In this document: positions 6,141 through 16,317 of the stretch, one piece after another
Layout: every line of letters begins with the position of its first letter
How positions within the stretch are numbered: the first letter of the stretch is position 1
Assembly: GCF_041916015.1 (NCBI RefSeq)
Contig: NZ_JAYSAH010000019.1
Location: 353 to 64,352, forward strand
Direction of reading: 5' to 3'
DNA from: Sphingopyxis sp.
Lineage (GTDB): Bacteria > Pseudomonadota > Alphaproteobacteria > Sphingomonadales > Sphingomonadaceae
DNA length: 64,000 bases
Position numbers and translations under genes: made by a program
The notes under the pieces: model-generated
What the model saw: only the letters and a program-made list of their open reading frames with translations
Told to the model about the DNA's origin: nothing
Database searches by the model: none

Positions 6141-8044
6141 TGCGCGAGCCCCGGATCGGGCGCTGCAATGCCGGCCTTCCACGCGGCATAGCTGCGGTCC
6201 ATGCGATCCTTGATCGTGCCGCCCCAGCCGGCCTCGAAGGTTTCGAGCGCCTCCATCCCCTTTTCGCGATCGTAGATGAAAGTGAAGATGTCCTTCGCGA
6301 CCGGCGCGGCGGCGCGGCTGCCGCCCATGCCGTGCTCGATGATGACCGATATGGCGTAGCGGGGATCGTCGACGGGCGCGAAGCCGATGAACAGGCCGTG
6401 GTCGCGAAATTTCCACGTCCCGCCCTTGCCGTTGCCGGTGTTGAGCCCGCGCACCTGCGCGGTGCCGGTCTTGCCCGCCATCGTAATCCCGTCGAGCGGC
6501 AGGCGGCTGCGCCCGGCGGTCCCTCCCGGCCCGTTGACCACGAGGTCCATGCCCAGCCGCGCGGTGGCGAGCGCCTCGGCGGAGAAGGGGAGGGGATCGT
6601 TCTTGAAGTGCCGGTTGACGAGGCGCGGATAGAGGCTGCGGCCCGAGGCGATGCGCGAGGCCATGACCGCGAGCTGGAGCGGATTCACGCTGACATAGCC
6701 TTGGCCGATCACGGCGTTCAGCGAATCCGACGCCGACCAGGGTTGGTGGTATTTCTTCATCTTCCACGCGCTGTCGGGGATCGTCCCGAACCGCTGGTTG
6801 CTGCCCGCAAGCTGGAATTCCTCGCCGAGCCCCATCAGGCGTGCGGTCGGTGCGATCGCGTCATAGCCCAGCCGGTCGGCAACCCAGTAGAAATAGCTGT
6901 TGCAACTCTTCATGATCGCATGCGGCATGTCGAGGCTGCCGTGCGTGCCGAGGCAGCGGAAGAAACGGTTACCGAGGCGGTAGCCGCCGATGCAGGTGTG
7001 GCGCTCGCTGGGATCGATGCCATGGCCGATCGCGGCGATCGCGGCCATCGGCTTCAGCGTCGATCCCGGCGGATAGAGGCCGCGCGTCGCCTTGTTGATC
7101 AGCGGCTGGTGATCGTCGGCGCGCAGCCAGCTATATTCCGAATTGCTGATCCCGTCCGAAAAGCTGTTCGGGTCGAAGCTCGGCATCGAAACGAAGGCGA
7201 GGATGTCGCCGGTCAGCGTGTCGATGACGATCGCCGCGCCGGATTCGGGGCCCATGCGCCGCGCGGCATATTCCTGCAGGTCGGCATCGATCGTCAGATG
7301 GACGGTCTTACCCTGCGTGTCGGGCTGGGTCGACAGTTCGCGCACCACCTTGCCGCGCGCGGTGACTTCGACGCGCTTGGCGCCGGGCTTGCCACGCAGC
7401 ATGGTCTGGAAATATTTCTCGAGCCCGTCCTTGCCGGTCTTGTAGCCGGGTGTGATGTAAAGCGGGTCCTTGACCTTCTCATATTCCTCGGCGGTCGGTG
7501 CGCCGACATAGCCGATCAGATGGCCGACCGCGGCGCCGGTCGGATAGTTGCGTGCAAAGCCGCGCTGCGGCGCGATGCCGGGAAGCTCGGGGAGGTGGAC
7601 GAGGATCGAGCTATATTCCTGCTCGGTCATGTCCTCGGCGACCGCGACCGGCTGAAAGCCCGATGCGGCTTTCAGGTCGCGCTCGATCCGCTCCATCGCG
7701 TCGCCGTCGAGCCGCAGCAGCGTCTTCAATTGCCCGAGCACCAGATCCTTGTTGTGGAGGCGGTCGGGAATGATGTCGACGCGCAGCGAAACGCGGTTGT
7801 TGGCGAGCGCCTTGCCGTGGCGGTCGACGATCCACCCGCGGCGCGGCGGAACGAGCGTCAGATTGACGCGATTGCTTTCCGACTGAAGCACATAGCGTTC
7901 GTTATCGACGACCGAGATATAGGCCATGCGCGCCGCGAGCGCGCCGAACAACGCTGTCTGCGCGCCGCCGACGACGATCGCGCGGCGGGTGAAGGTGATG
8001 CCCCTCCAGGCTTCGGTAATGGGTGGGCTCTTCTTGCCGAACAT
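6137..8044 (-). CDS. mrdA: Penicillin-binding protein 2
   Basis: PPGSTLK (SxxK), SCN (SxN) and GKTGTAQ (KTG) motifs; located in the mre operon. Confidence 0.95.
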   Translation of the reverse strand: MFGKKSPPITEAWRGITFTRRAIVVGGAQTALFGALAARMAYISVVDNERYVLQSESNRVNLTLVPPRRGWIVDRHGKALANNRVSLRVDIIPDRLHNKDLVLGQLKTLLRLDGDAMERIERDLKAASGFQPVAVAEDMTEQEYSSILVHLPELPGIAPQRGFARNYPTGAAVGHLIGYVGAPTAEEYEKVKDPLYITPGYKTGKDGLEKYFQTMLRGKPGAKRVEVTARGKVVRELSTQPDTQGKTVHLTIDADLQEYAARRMGPESGAAIVIDTLTGDILAFVSMPSFDPNSFSDGISNSEYSWLRADDHQPLINKATRGLYPPGSTLKPMAAIAAIGHGIDPSERHTCIGGYRLGNRFFRCLGTHGSLDMPHAIMKSCNSYFYWVADRLGYDAIAPTARLMGLGEEFQLAGSNQRFGTIPDSAWKMKKYHQPWSASDSLNAVIGQGYVSVNPLQLAVMASRIASGRSLYPRLVNRHFKNDPLPFSAEALATARLGMDLVVNGPGGTAGRSRLPLDGITMAGKTGTAQVRGLNTGNGKGGTWKFRDHGLFIGFAPVDDPRYAISVIIEHGMGGSRAAAPVAKDIFTFIYDREKGMEALETFEAGWGGTIKDRMDRSYAAWKAGIAAPDPGLAQ

Positions 8045-8053
8045 CGAGCGAAT

Positions 8054-8575
8054 TTATCTGCGTTTCAGGCGGAAATTGTCAAACTTCCCCGTCAAGCGAA
8101 GGAAGAGCGGAACGAGGAGGACCGAAACGATGATCTGCGGCGCGACGAGCCCCAGAACACGTCCCGTTGCGGCGTGGGGATGCGTGAGCAGCGCCGCGAG
8201 AGCCTGGATGATCGCGACAAGTAAAGCGCCAATCGCCCAGTCGTGAAAAAAACCGCGCCAATAGATGCGCTGCGAGAGATAGGCGATCGCGATGCTGGCG
8301 GCGGTCCACAGGAAGACCGCGGTGCCGATCGGCGCACCGCTGAACAGATCGTCCCACAGGCCGAGCGGCAGGCCGATCCACACCGGCCACATCTCGGTCC
8401 TGAGCAGTTGCCACGACAGGAAGAAGAGCAAGCCGAGCGGCGGCAGCACCGGCGAGCTTGCGACGAGCGGCAGCATCAGCGGCAGCGCCGAGGCGACCAT
8501 CACGCTCGCGATCGGCACGACAAGCATCCGCCAGCGCGAGGCCGGCTCGCCGAGGCGGGGTCCCTTCGGGGTCAT
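8054..8575 (-). CDS. mreD: Rod shape-determining protein MreD
   Basis: Hydrophobic 173-aa protein with GLWDDLFSGAPIG, between mreC and mrdA. Confidence 0.85.
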   Translation of the reverse strand: MTPKGPRLGEPASRWRMLVVPIASVMVASALPLMLPLVASSPVLPPLGLLFFLSWQLLRTEMWPVWIGLPLGLWDDLFSGAPIGTAVFLWTAASIAIAYLSQRIYWRGFFHDWAIGALLVAIIQALAALLTHPHAATGRVLGLVAPQIIVSVLLVPLFLRLTGKFDNFRLKRR

Positions 8576-9480
8576 GGCGCCTTCGGGACTTCGGGGATGG
8601 CGCCCGGCGCAGGCTTCAGCAACTGCGCTTCGGCGTCTTCCGGTGTATAAGGACGCAGCACCGACACCGCATCGACCTTTGCCGGGTCGGCGAGCGGGCG
8701 GGCGAGCGCGCCGTCATTCTGGCGGCGCACGACGATCGCGACCGGGATGTTGGGCGGATAGAGGCCGCCTGTACCTGAGGTGACGAGGATGTCGCCGGGC
8801 TTGAACGGATTGTTCGCGATATTGAGCGTGCGGACGTCGAGGTCGCCGTTGCCGCGGCCATAGGCAAGCGCGGGCAGGCCATCGCGCGCGCGGCGGACGG
8901 GGACGATCGTGTCGATGTCGGTGATCAGCAATACCTGCGACACCGATGGTCCCGACCCCAGCACGCGTCCGATCAGCCCGTCGGCACCGCGCACCGGCTG
9001 TCCGGCCGCGACGCCGAGATTGCGGCCGATGCTGAGCAGAGCGATGCGCTTGCTGCTCGTCGAGGTCGAGGTGAGGAGATAGCCGTTGGCGATCGCGCTC
9101 TTGTCGGTTTCCTGCAGCTTGAGCAGCGCCTTCAACTGGCGATTCTCTTCCTGCAGCGAGCTGGTCGCGACGAGCTGCCGCCGCGTCTCGGCGAGCTCCT
9201 TGCGCAGCCGCCGGTTCTGCGACCCCGCGCCGACATAGGCCGACACGGCATCGTCGATGCCGGAGATCGAGCCGATCACCGACCGGGTGGCGCGCGCTAC
9301 CGGCGCCGTCACCTCCTGGCTGGCGAGGCGAAGCTGGGCGAATCCGACGGGGTCAGCGACCGACAGGATCGCCAGCAGCAAGCCCGCCACCGCCCCGGTC
9401 ACCGCAATGACATAGGCAGCGAACAGGCTGTACTGAGCCTTTCGGGATTGCCCCGGACGCCGATGTGCCGGGCGGACCAT
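8572..9480 (-). CDS. mreC: Rod shape-determining protein MreC
   Basis: N-terminal TM, coiled coil (EENRQLKALL), GLIGRV, GDILVTSGTGGLYPPNIPVA. Confidence 0.92.
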   Translation of the reverse strand: MVRPAHRRPGQSRKAQYSLFAAYVIAVTGAVAGLLLAILSVADPVGFAQLRLASQEVTAPVARATRSVIGSISGIDDAVSAYVGAGSQNRRLRKELAETRRQLVATSSLQEENRQLKALLKLQETDKSAIANGYLLTSTSTSSKRIALLSIGRNLGVAAGQPVRGADGLIGRVLGSGPSVSQVLLITDIDTIVPVRRARDGLPALAYGRGNGDLDVRTLNIANNPFKPGDILVTSGTGGLYPPNIPVAIVVRRQNDGALARPLADPAKVDAVSVLRPYTPEDAEAQLLKPAPGAIPEVPKAP

Positions 9481-9497
9481 GAGTCAGAAGCCTTCGA

Positions 9498-10544
<1,047 letters not shown>

Positions 10545-10741
10545 CTACACTGTTTCCTGTCATCGGCGCCGCCGGCCCTGAATGGACCGCCGCCCCTGTC
10601 GCAATTATATCCGCGTGCCCGGCCGGCGACAGCTACAATCAGGGGGAGATTCCGGCTCGTCCGTCAGGAGTGGCTGGACAAAATGATGCGGGCTGTGCGG
10701 GTGGGTCGCGATTTGCGTCCGACTGCGCTAGGAGAGGCTTT

Positions 10742-12556
10742 ATGTCAATACGCCGCCTGCCGGAAAAGCTCGTAAATCGGATCGCAGCCGGTGAAGTGGT
10801 TGAAAGACCCGCCGCGGCGCTGAAAGAACTGGTTGAAAACGCCATCGACGCCGGTGCGACTCGCATTTCGGTGCGAATCGCCGAGGGCGGAATATCGCGG
10901 CTGGAGGTCGAGGATGACGGCTGCGGCATGACCGCCGCCGACATGGCGCTCGCGCTCGAACGCCACGCCACGTCGAAGCTGCCCGACGACGCGATCGAGG
11001 ATGTGACGACGCTGGGCTTCCGCGGCGAGGCGCTGCCCTCGATCGCCAGCGTCGCGCGGCTGACGCTCGAAAGTCGGGTGGCGGGCGGCGACGGGTGGAA
11101 GCGCGTCGTCGACAATGGCGCGGTCGCGGCCGAAGGACCGGCGGCGCTTGCGAAGGGCACCCGCGTCCTCGTCGAGGATCTGTTCGCGCGCGTTCCGGCG
11201 CGGCGCAAGTTTCTGCGCAGCGGGCGCAGCGAATATGCCGCCTGCCTCGACGTCGTGAAGCGGCTCGCGATGGCGCGGCCCGATATCGCCTTCGCCGTCG
11301 AACATGACGGGCGCCGCGTGCTCGACGTGCAGGGCGGGCAGGACCGGCTCGCGCGCGTCGCCGCGCTGACCCAGCGCGAACTCGCCGCGAACAGCATCGG
11401 CGTCGATCTCGACCGCGGCGAGGTGCATCTCGGCGGCGTGATCAGCCTGCCGACCTACAACCGCGGCATCGCCGATCATCAATATCTGTTCGTCAACGGC
11501 CGCCCGGTGAAAGACCGGCTGCTGGTGGGCGCCTTGCGCGGCGCATACGCCGACCTGCTCGCACGCGACCGCCATCCGGTCGTGGCGCTGTTCCTCGACA
11601 TTCCGACGAGCGAGGTCGACGTGAACGTCCATCCCGCGAAGACCGAAGTGCGTTTCCGCGACCCGCAGCTCATCCGCGGGATGATCGTGGGGGGGCTCCG
11701 CCGGGCGCTCGACGAGCATGGCTTCCGCAGCGTCCAGCGCCCCGCCGAGGCCGCGCTCGCCGCGTGGCAGCAGGAGCCGCTGCGCCCCCCTGAGCCCGCG
11801 ACCGGCTTCCTCTTCGGCCGCCGGACCGAGCCCGCGGTGCATCTGTTCGGCACCGACGCGCCGCCGCCGGGCGAGGATGTCGCGCGCGTCTATGACCGGC
11901 TGGTGCCGTTTGCCTCCGCCGCGCCGATCGCGGGGCGCGCCGAGGTGGCCGAAATCGCACCGCCGCAGGCCGACGAACATCCGCTCGGCATCGCGCGAGG
12001 GCAGATCGCGAAGACCTATATCGTCGCCGAAGCCGAGGACGGCCTCGTCATCGTCGATCAGCACGCCGCGCACGAACGCCTCGTGCTCGAACAGCTCCGC
12101 CGCGGCATGGGCGGACAGGCGGTGCAGTCACAGGGCTTGCTGCTGCCCGAGGTCGTCGAACTCGACGAGCCCGCGTGCGACCGGCTCGAAGCCGCGTCGC
12201 CGCAGCTTGCCGCGCTCGGCGTCGAACTCGAACGCTTCGGCCCCGCCGCGGTGATGGTGCGCGCGACCCCCGCGATGCTCGGGCCGATCGATTGCCACAA
12301 GCTCGTTACCGATATCGCCGATGATCTCGCGGGCTACGACGCGGCGCTCGGCCTGTCGGAAAAGCTCGAACTCGTCGCCGCGACGATGGCGTGCCACGGC
12401 TCGGTGCGCGCGGGGCGGACGCTGAACGTCGCCGAGATGAACGCGCTGCTTCGCCAGATGGAGGTCACGCCCCACTCGGGGCAGTGCAACCACGGGCGGC
12501 CGACGTGGGTGAAGTTGCAGATGGCGGACGTGGAGCGACTGTTCGGCCGTAAATGA
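10742..12556 (+). CDS. mutL: DNA mismatch repair endonuclease MutL
   Basis: NRIAAGEVVERP, HATSKL, GFRGEALPSI, DQHAAHER, MACHGS, CNHGRPT; start at ATG 10742. Confidence 0.97.
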   Translation: MSIRRLPEKLVNRIAAGEVVERPAAALKELVENAIDAGATRISVRIAEGGISRLEVEDDGCGMTAADMALALERHATSKLPDDAIEDVTTLGFRGEALPSIASVARLTLESRVAGGDGWKRVVDNGAVAAEGPAALAKGTRVLVEDLFARVPARRKFLRSGRSEYAACLDVVKRLAMARPDIAFAVEHDGRRVLDVQGGQDRLARVAALTQRELAANSIGVDLDRGEVHLGGVISLPTYNRGIADHQYLFVNGRPVKDRLLVGALRGAYADLLARDRHPVVALFLDIPTSEVDVNVHPAKTEVRFRDPQLIRGMIVGGLRRALDEHGFRSVQRPAEAALAAWQQEPLRPPEPATGFLFGRRTEPAVHLFGTDAPPPGEDVARVYDRLVPFASAAPIAGRAEVAEIAPPQADEHPLGIARGQIAKTYIVAEAEDGLVIVDQHAAHERLVLEQLRRGMGGQAVQSQGLLLPEVVELDEPACDRLEAASPQLAALGVELERFGPAAVMVRATPAMLGPIDCHKLVTDIADDLAGYDAALGLSEKLELVAATMACHGSVRAGRTLNVAEMNALLRQMEVTPHSGQCNHGRPTWVKLQMADVERLFGRK

Positions 12557-12655
12557 TGGAGCCAGGCCGCTGGCAATTTGGTCAATTGTCAGCGGTAGCT
12601 CGGGTGACCTTGGCTGCGGACCTCGGCGCTCCGCCGGACCCGATATTCGCAAGCG

Positions 12656-13552
12656 CTACTGTGCCCGGACCACCCTGTATCCCTCAGCCGCCAGCATCGC
12701 CGGCACGCCGTCGTCGCCCACCAGATGTCCGGCGCCCACCGCCATCAGCACGGTGCCGGGCCGGTCCATCCGCCGCTTCACCCACGCGGTCCAGCGCCCG
12801 TTGCGGTCGGTGATGATCGCCTTGCGCGCCGCAGGAACCTTATCGACGTCCTCGTTCACGACCTTCGCCAGTGCGTCGGCATCGCCGCGCGACCAGGCGG
12901 CGGTCATTGCGAGTACGTCGCTTTGGGCATGCGCCGCATTTTCAGCGGCCTGGACGAGCAAAGCGCGCTGGGTCGCGGGGTCGAGCGTCTCGAACAGCAT
13001 CAGCTGCGTCCGCGCGCTTTCGAGCCCGCTGATCGGCTTGCCGGCCTTTTGAAAGGCGGCGGTCAGCCCCGCCTCGACGCCGTCGGCGGGTGACAGTTCG
13101 GCGCGCTGCGCGACGCGCTGGCCCATCTGGACGAGGACCGCCCAGTCGTCGAGCGTGTCGCCGCCGAAGTCGCCATCGCCCTCGATCGCGCGATAGCCCG
13201 CGAGCGCCGGCCCCGACAGCCGCGCCTTCATCGCCAGCGGCGCGCTGCGCGGGGCGAGTTCCCGAAATATCTCGCCCGCGGCGGCGAGCTCGCGCGGCGA
13301 GAGTTCGAGCATCAGTTCGTCCGCCGCGCCGATCGCATCGGCGACCTTGCCGCGGTCCCAGTCGGTCCCCGCGGGCAGGGCGTGCATCGTGCCCAGCATA
13401 TAGATATGCGTGTCGGCATCTTCGACCAGCCACATCGCCGGCCGTGCCTCCACCTCCGGCTGCGTCTGGCATGCGGCGAGCAGCAACGGCAGAAGGGCCG
13501 CCGCAAGGCGGCGACCCTTCGTTTTGGGAATGGCGGTCCCGGCAGGCGTCAC
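12656..13552 (-). CDS. TraB/GumN (TIKI/TraB-like) family lipoprotein
   Basis: LLLAAC lipobox, YMLGTMH, GVE, GLES, DRN, AVGAGHL; GTG start overlaps the upstream stop (GTGA). Confidence 0.85.
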   Translation of the reverse strand: MTPAGTAIPKTKGRRLAAALLPLLLAACQTQPEVEARPAMWLVEDADTHIYMLGTMHALPAGTDWDRGKVADAIGAADELMLELSPRELAAAGEIFRELAPRSAPLAMKARLSGPALAGYRAIEGDGDFGGDTLDDWAVLVQMGQRVAQRAELSPADGVEAGLTAAFQKAGKPISGLESARTQLMLFETLDPATQRALLVQAAENAAHAQSDVLAMTAAWSRGDADALAKVVNEDVDKVPAARKAIITDRNGRWTAWVKRRMDRPGTVLMAVGAGHLVGDDGVPAMLAAEGYRVVRAQ

Positions 13553-14478
13553 TGGACCCGCGTCACTTTCAGGCCGCGTTCCTTCAGATAGTCCTGGACG
13601 CTCTTCTGGCCTGCGAGATGGCCTGCGCCGACCGCGACGAAGACCGTGCCGGGCTTGTCGAGCCGTGCCTTGATCTGGTCGGCCCAGCGCGCGTTGCGGT
13701 CCCAGAGCAGGATCTTGGTCAACTCGGGGGTCGCCGACATGCTCTCGTTCATCGTATTGGCGAGATTGACGGTGTCGCCCTTGCTCCACAAGGTCACCAT
13801 CGTGTCGAGCTGCGGACCCAGCTTGTCGACATCCTTCACCGTGGCATTGAGGAAGGCGATCTGGCCGTCCTCGGGAAGCGCGTCGAAGAAGCCGAGCTGC
13901 TCTTCGAGCGTCTCGAAGCCCGAAATCGGCTTGGTCGCTGTCTTGGCGGCGGCGGTGAGCTGCATCTCGGCGCCCTGCGTCGGATCATAGCCGAGCTTGG
14001 TCAGCGGCAGGACCGACAGGGTGACCGCGGCGAACCAGGGCTTGAAGGCATCGAATGCGGCGACCGGGACGCCGAGGCTGGTAAGCGCCGCCTGATAGGC
14101 CTTGAGCGCGTCGGGATCGAGCTTGGCCGACAGGGTCGTGCCGCTCTTGTCCATCGCGAGCGGCATGGTGACCTTCGCGGCCTCCGCCTGATCCTCGGGC
14201 AGCACCATTTCGAGCACCAGCTCGTCCGACTTGTCGAACGCCTTCTTCACGGCGCCGTCGAACCAGCCGAGGCCGGGCTTCAGCACATGCACGGTGCCGA
14301 AGAGATAGATGGTCGTGTCGGCGTCCTTGACCGTCCACATGCCGGGCTTCGCGGCGGCCATCGTTGTGGCCGCGGCCTCCGGCTCCTTGGCGAAGACGGT
14401 ATTGCCGGGCACCAGCGTGCAGGCCGCAAAGGGGATGACCGCGCTGCCGGCAACGAATGTCTTGAACCAGCTTTTCAT
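13549..14478 (-). CDS. TraB/GumN family exported protein
   Basis: Signal peptide, YLFGTVH, GFETLEEQL, DRNARW, AVGAGHL; GAAAGG RBS before ATG 14478. Confidence 0.88.
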   Translation of the reverse strand: MKSWFKTFVAGSAVIPFAACTLVPGNTVFAKEPEAAATTMAAAKPGMWTVKDADTTIYLFGTVHVLKPGLGWFDGAVKKAFDKSDELVLEMVLPEDQAEAAKVTMPLAMDKSGTTLSAKLDPDALKAYQAALTSLGVPVAAFDAFKPWFAAVTLSVLPLTKLGYDPTQGAEMQLTAAAKTATKPISGFETLEEQLGFFDALPEDGQIAFLNATVKDVDKLGPQLDTMVTLWSKGDTVNLANTMNESMSATPELTKILLWDRNARWADQIKARLDKPGTVFVAVGAGHLAGQKSVQDYLKERGLKVTRVQ

Positions 14479-14539
14479 CGAAAAACACCTTTCAGTCATG
14501 GCCTTATGGCCGGATTAAGCAGGGAAGGGGAGGGGAAAG

Positions 14540-14971
14540 TCAGCGGAATTTGAGCCAGAGATAGACCGCGAGGTTCACGGCCATCGACAGCAGGAACAGC
14601 AGCATGGCGTTGGGGCTGGGTGCCAGCGCGGCGCGGTGGAGCACCCACCATACCGGCGTGGTGAAGATGAAGGCATACCATCCCCAGGTACTCGCCCACA
14701 CCCACGCATGTTCTTCATGATCGTCGATCGAACGATGATAGAAGATCATCGCGATCGCCAGGCCGAGCGACCATGTGATCGCAGCGCCGATTGCGAAACC
14801 CGGCGTGAGGGCGCCATTGCTCAGTAACTCGATCGCTGCCCGATCGTGCGGTTGGTCCGCGGTCATCCATCCGCCGATGATGCCGCCGATCACCGCTGCA
14901 AAGCCGAGCGAGAACCAGTAGCGCTTCCGGCGCGGCGACATCGGCTGCTTGGCGGTCTTGCCGTCAGTCAT
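14540..14971 (-). CDS. Hypothetical integral membrane protein (about 4 TM)
   Basis: Four hydrophobic segments; start overlaps the end of the XRE gene. Confidence 0.75.
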   Translation of the reverse strand: MTDGKTAKQPMSPRRKRYWFSLGFAAVIGGIIGGWMTADQPHDRAAIELLSNGALTPGFAIGAAITWSLGLAIAMIFYHRSIDDHEEHAWVWASTWGWYAFIFTTPVWWVLHRAALAPSPNAMLLFLLSMAVNLAVYLWLKFR

Positions 14972-15176
14972 GGCCGTTTCCTTCAAAACCATCGTCGAAA
15001 ATCTCCTCAATCGGCATCTCGAAAAGCCGGGCGAGCTTGAAGGCGAGCGGCAGCGATGGGTCGTATTTGCCCGTTTCGATCGCATTCACTGCCTGCCGCG
15101 ATACGTCGAGCCGGTCGGCCAGTTCGGCCTGGCTCCAGTTCCGCATCGCCCGAAGCACCTTCAGCCGGTTCTCCAT
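14964..15176 (-). CDS. XRE/Cro-C1 family HTH regulator
   Basis: NRLKVLR...WSQAELADRLDVSRQAVNAIETGKYDPSLPLAFKL. Confidence 0.93.
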   Translation of the reverse strand: MENRLKVLRAMRNWSQAELADRLDVSRQAVNAIETGKYDPSLPLAFKLARLFEMPIEEIFDDGFEGNGHD

Positions 15177-15200
15177 GCATCACCTCTGGTCATCAAAGCA

Positions 15201-15279
15201 TGACATTGTGTCAGCTGTTATTGACTAAATGACATGATTCGTTGACTATGTCAATAACGCTTTCCATTTTGCAATGGAA
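15201..15279. promoter_or_regulatory. Operator array upstream of the XRE gene
   Basis: TGACA-N3-TGTCA (15201-15213); TTGAC-N3-GTCAA (15242-15254); 9-bp inverted repeat GTTATTGAC/GTCAATAAC (15217-15225, 15250-15258); TTCCATT-N4-AATGGAA (15262-15279). Confidence 0.55.
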
Positions 15280-15393
15280 GGATGACACGGATGTGAGGCG
15301 GGCGCGCCATATCGACGCAGCGGTCCTTGACCACGCGGCGCCGCTGCGCCAAGGGCGGCAGAGATTGTTGCACCTGCGAAAGACGGGGAAAAG

Positions 15394-16317
15394 GTGACCG
15401 AAAGGGCGGAAAAGAAAGTCCTCAGCTTTCAGGACATGATCCTGACGCTGCATGCCTATTGGAGCGCGCGCGGCTGTGCGATTCTTCAGCCTTATGACAT
15501 GCGCGTCGGGGCGGGCACCTTTCACCCCGCGACGACGCTGCGCAGCCTTGGTCCCGAGCCGTGGAACGTCGCCTATGTCCAGCCGAGCCGCCGCCCGACC
15601 GACGGCCGCTATGGTGAGAACCCGAACCGGCTCCAGCATTATTACCAGTATCAAGTGATCCTGAAGCCGTCGCCCGCCGACCTGCAGGAGCAGTATCTGG
15701 GCAGCCTCGCCGCGATCGGCATCGACCCGCTGCTCCACGATATCCGCTTCGTCGAGGACGATTGGGAATCGCCGACGCTCGGCGCGTGGGGCCTGGGCTG
15801 GGAAGTCTGGTGCGACGGGATGGAAGTCACCCAGTTCACTTACTTTCAGCAGATGGGCGGCTTCGACTGCAAGCCCGTCGCGGGCGAGCTCACCTACGGG
15901 CTCGAGCGCCTCGCCATGTATATCCAGAACGTCGACAATGTGTACGACCTGCGCTTTTCCGACGCGGTCGGCGACGTTGCGGCGCTGAGCTATGGCGACG
16001 TGTATCTGGAAAACGAACGGCAATTCTCGAAATGGAATTTCGAGGTTGCCGACACCGACACGCTATTTGCGGGTTTCAAGGCGGCCGAGGCCGAATGCCA
16101 GCGCGCGATCGCGGCGGGCGTGCCGCTCGCGGCCTATGATCAGGCGATCGAGGCGAGCCACCTGTTCAACCTGCTGCAGGCGCGCGGCGTAATCAGTGTG
16201 CAGGAACGCGCCAACTACATGGCGCGCGTCCGCGACCTCGCCAAGGGCAGCTGCAAGGCGTGGATCGACAGCCAGTCCGAAAACTGGACCGCAAAATATC
16301 CGGGGTGGACGCTGTGA
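15394..16317 (+). CDS. glyQ: Glycine--tRNA ligase alpha subunit
   Basis: [46 protein letters not shown]. Confidence 0.98.
   Translation: MTERAEKKVLSFQDMILTLHAYWSARGCAILQPYDMRVGAGTFHPATTLRSLGPEPWNVAYVQPSRRPTDGRYGENPNRLQHYYQYQVILKPSPADLQEQYLGSLAAIGIDPLLHDIRFVEDDWESPTLGAWGLGWEVWCDGMEVTQFTYFQQMGGFDCKPVAGELTYGLERLAMYIQNVDNVYDLRFSDAVGDVAALSYGDVYLENERQFSKWNFEVADTDTLFAGFKAAEAECQRAIAAGVPLAAYDQAIEASHLFNLLQARGVISVQERANYMARVRDLAKGSCKAWIDSQSENWTAKYPGWTL

Noticed and set aside
5034-6767. 577-aa ORF call for rodA, and other over-extended starts (mutL 10670, glyS 16260, ppdK 18595, cpaE 44072, mgtE 60759)
   Set aside because: The upstream portions overlap other genes or lack homology-like character; starts were reassigned using RBS, stop-start overlaps and family N-termini.
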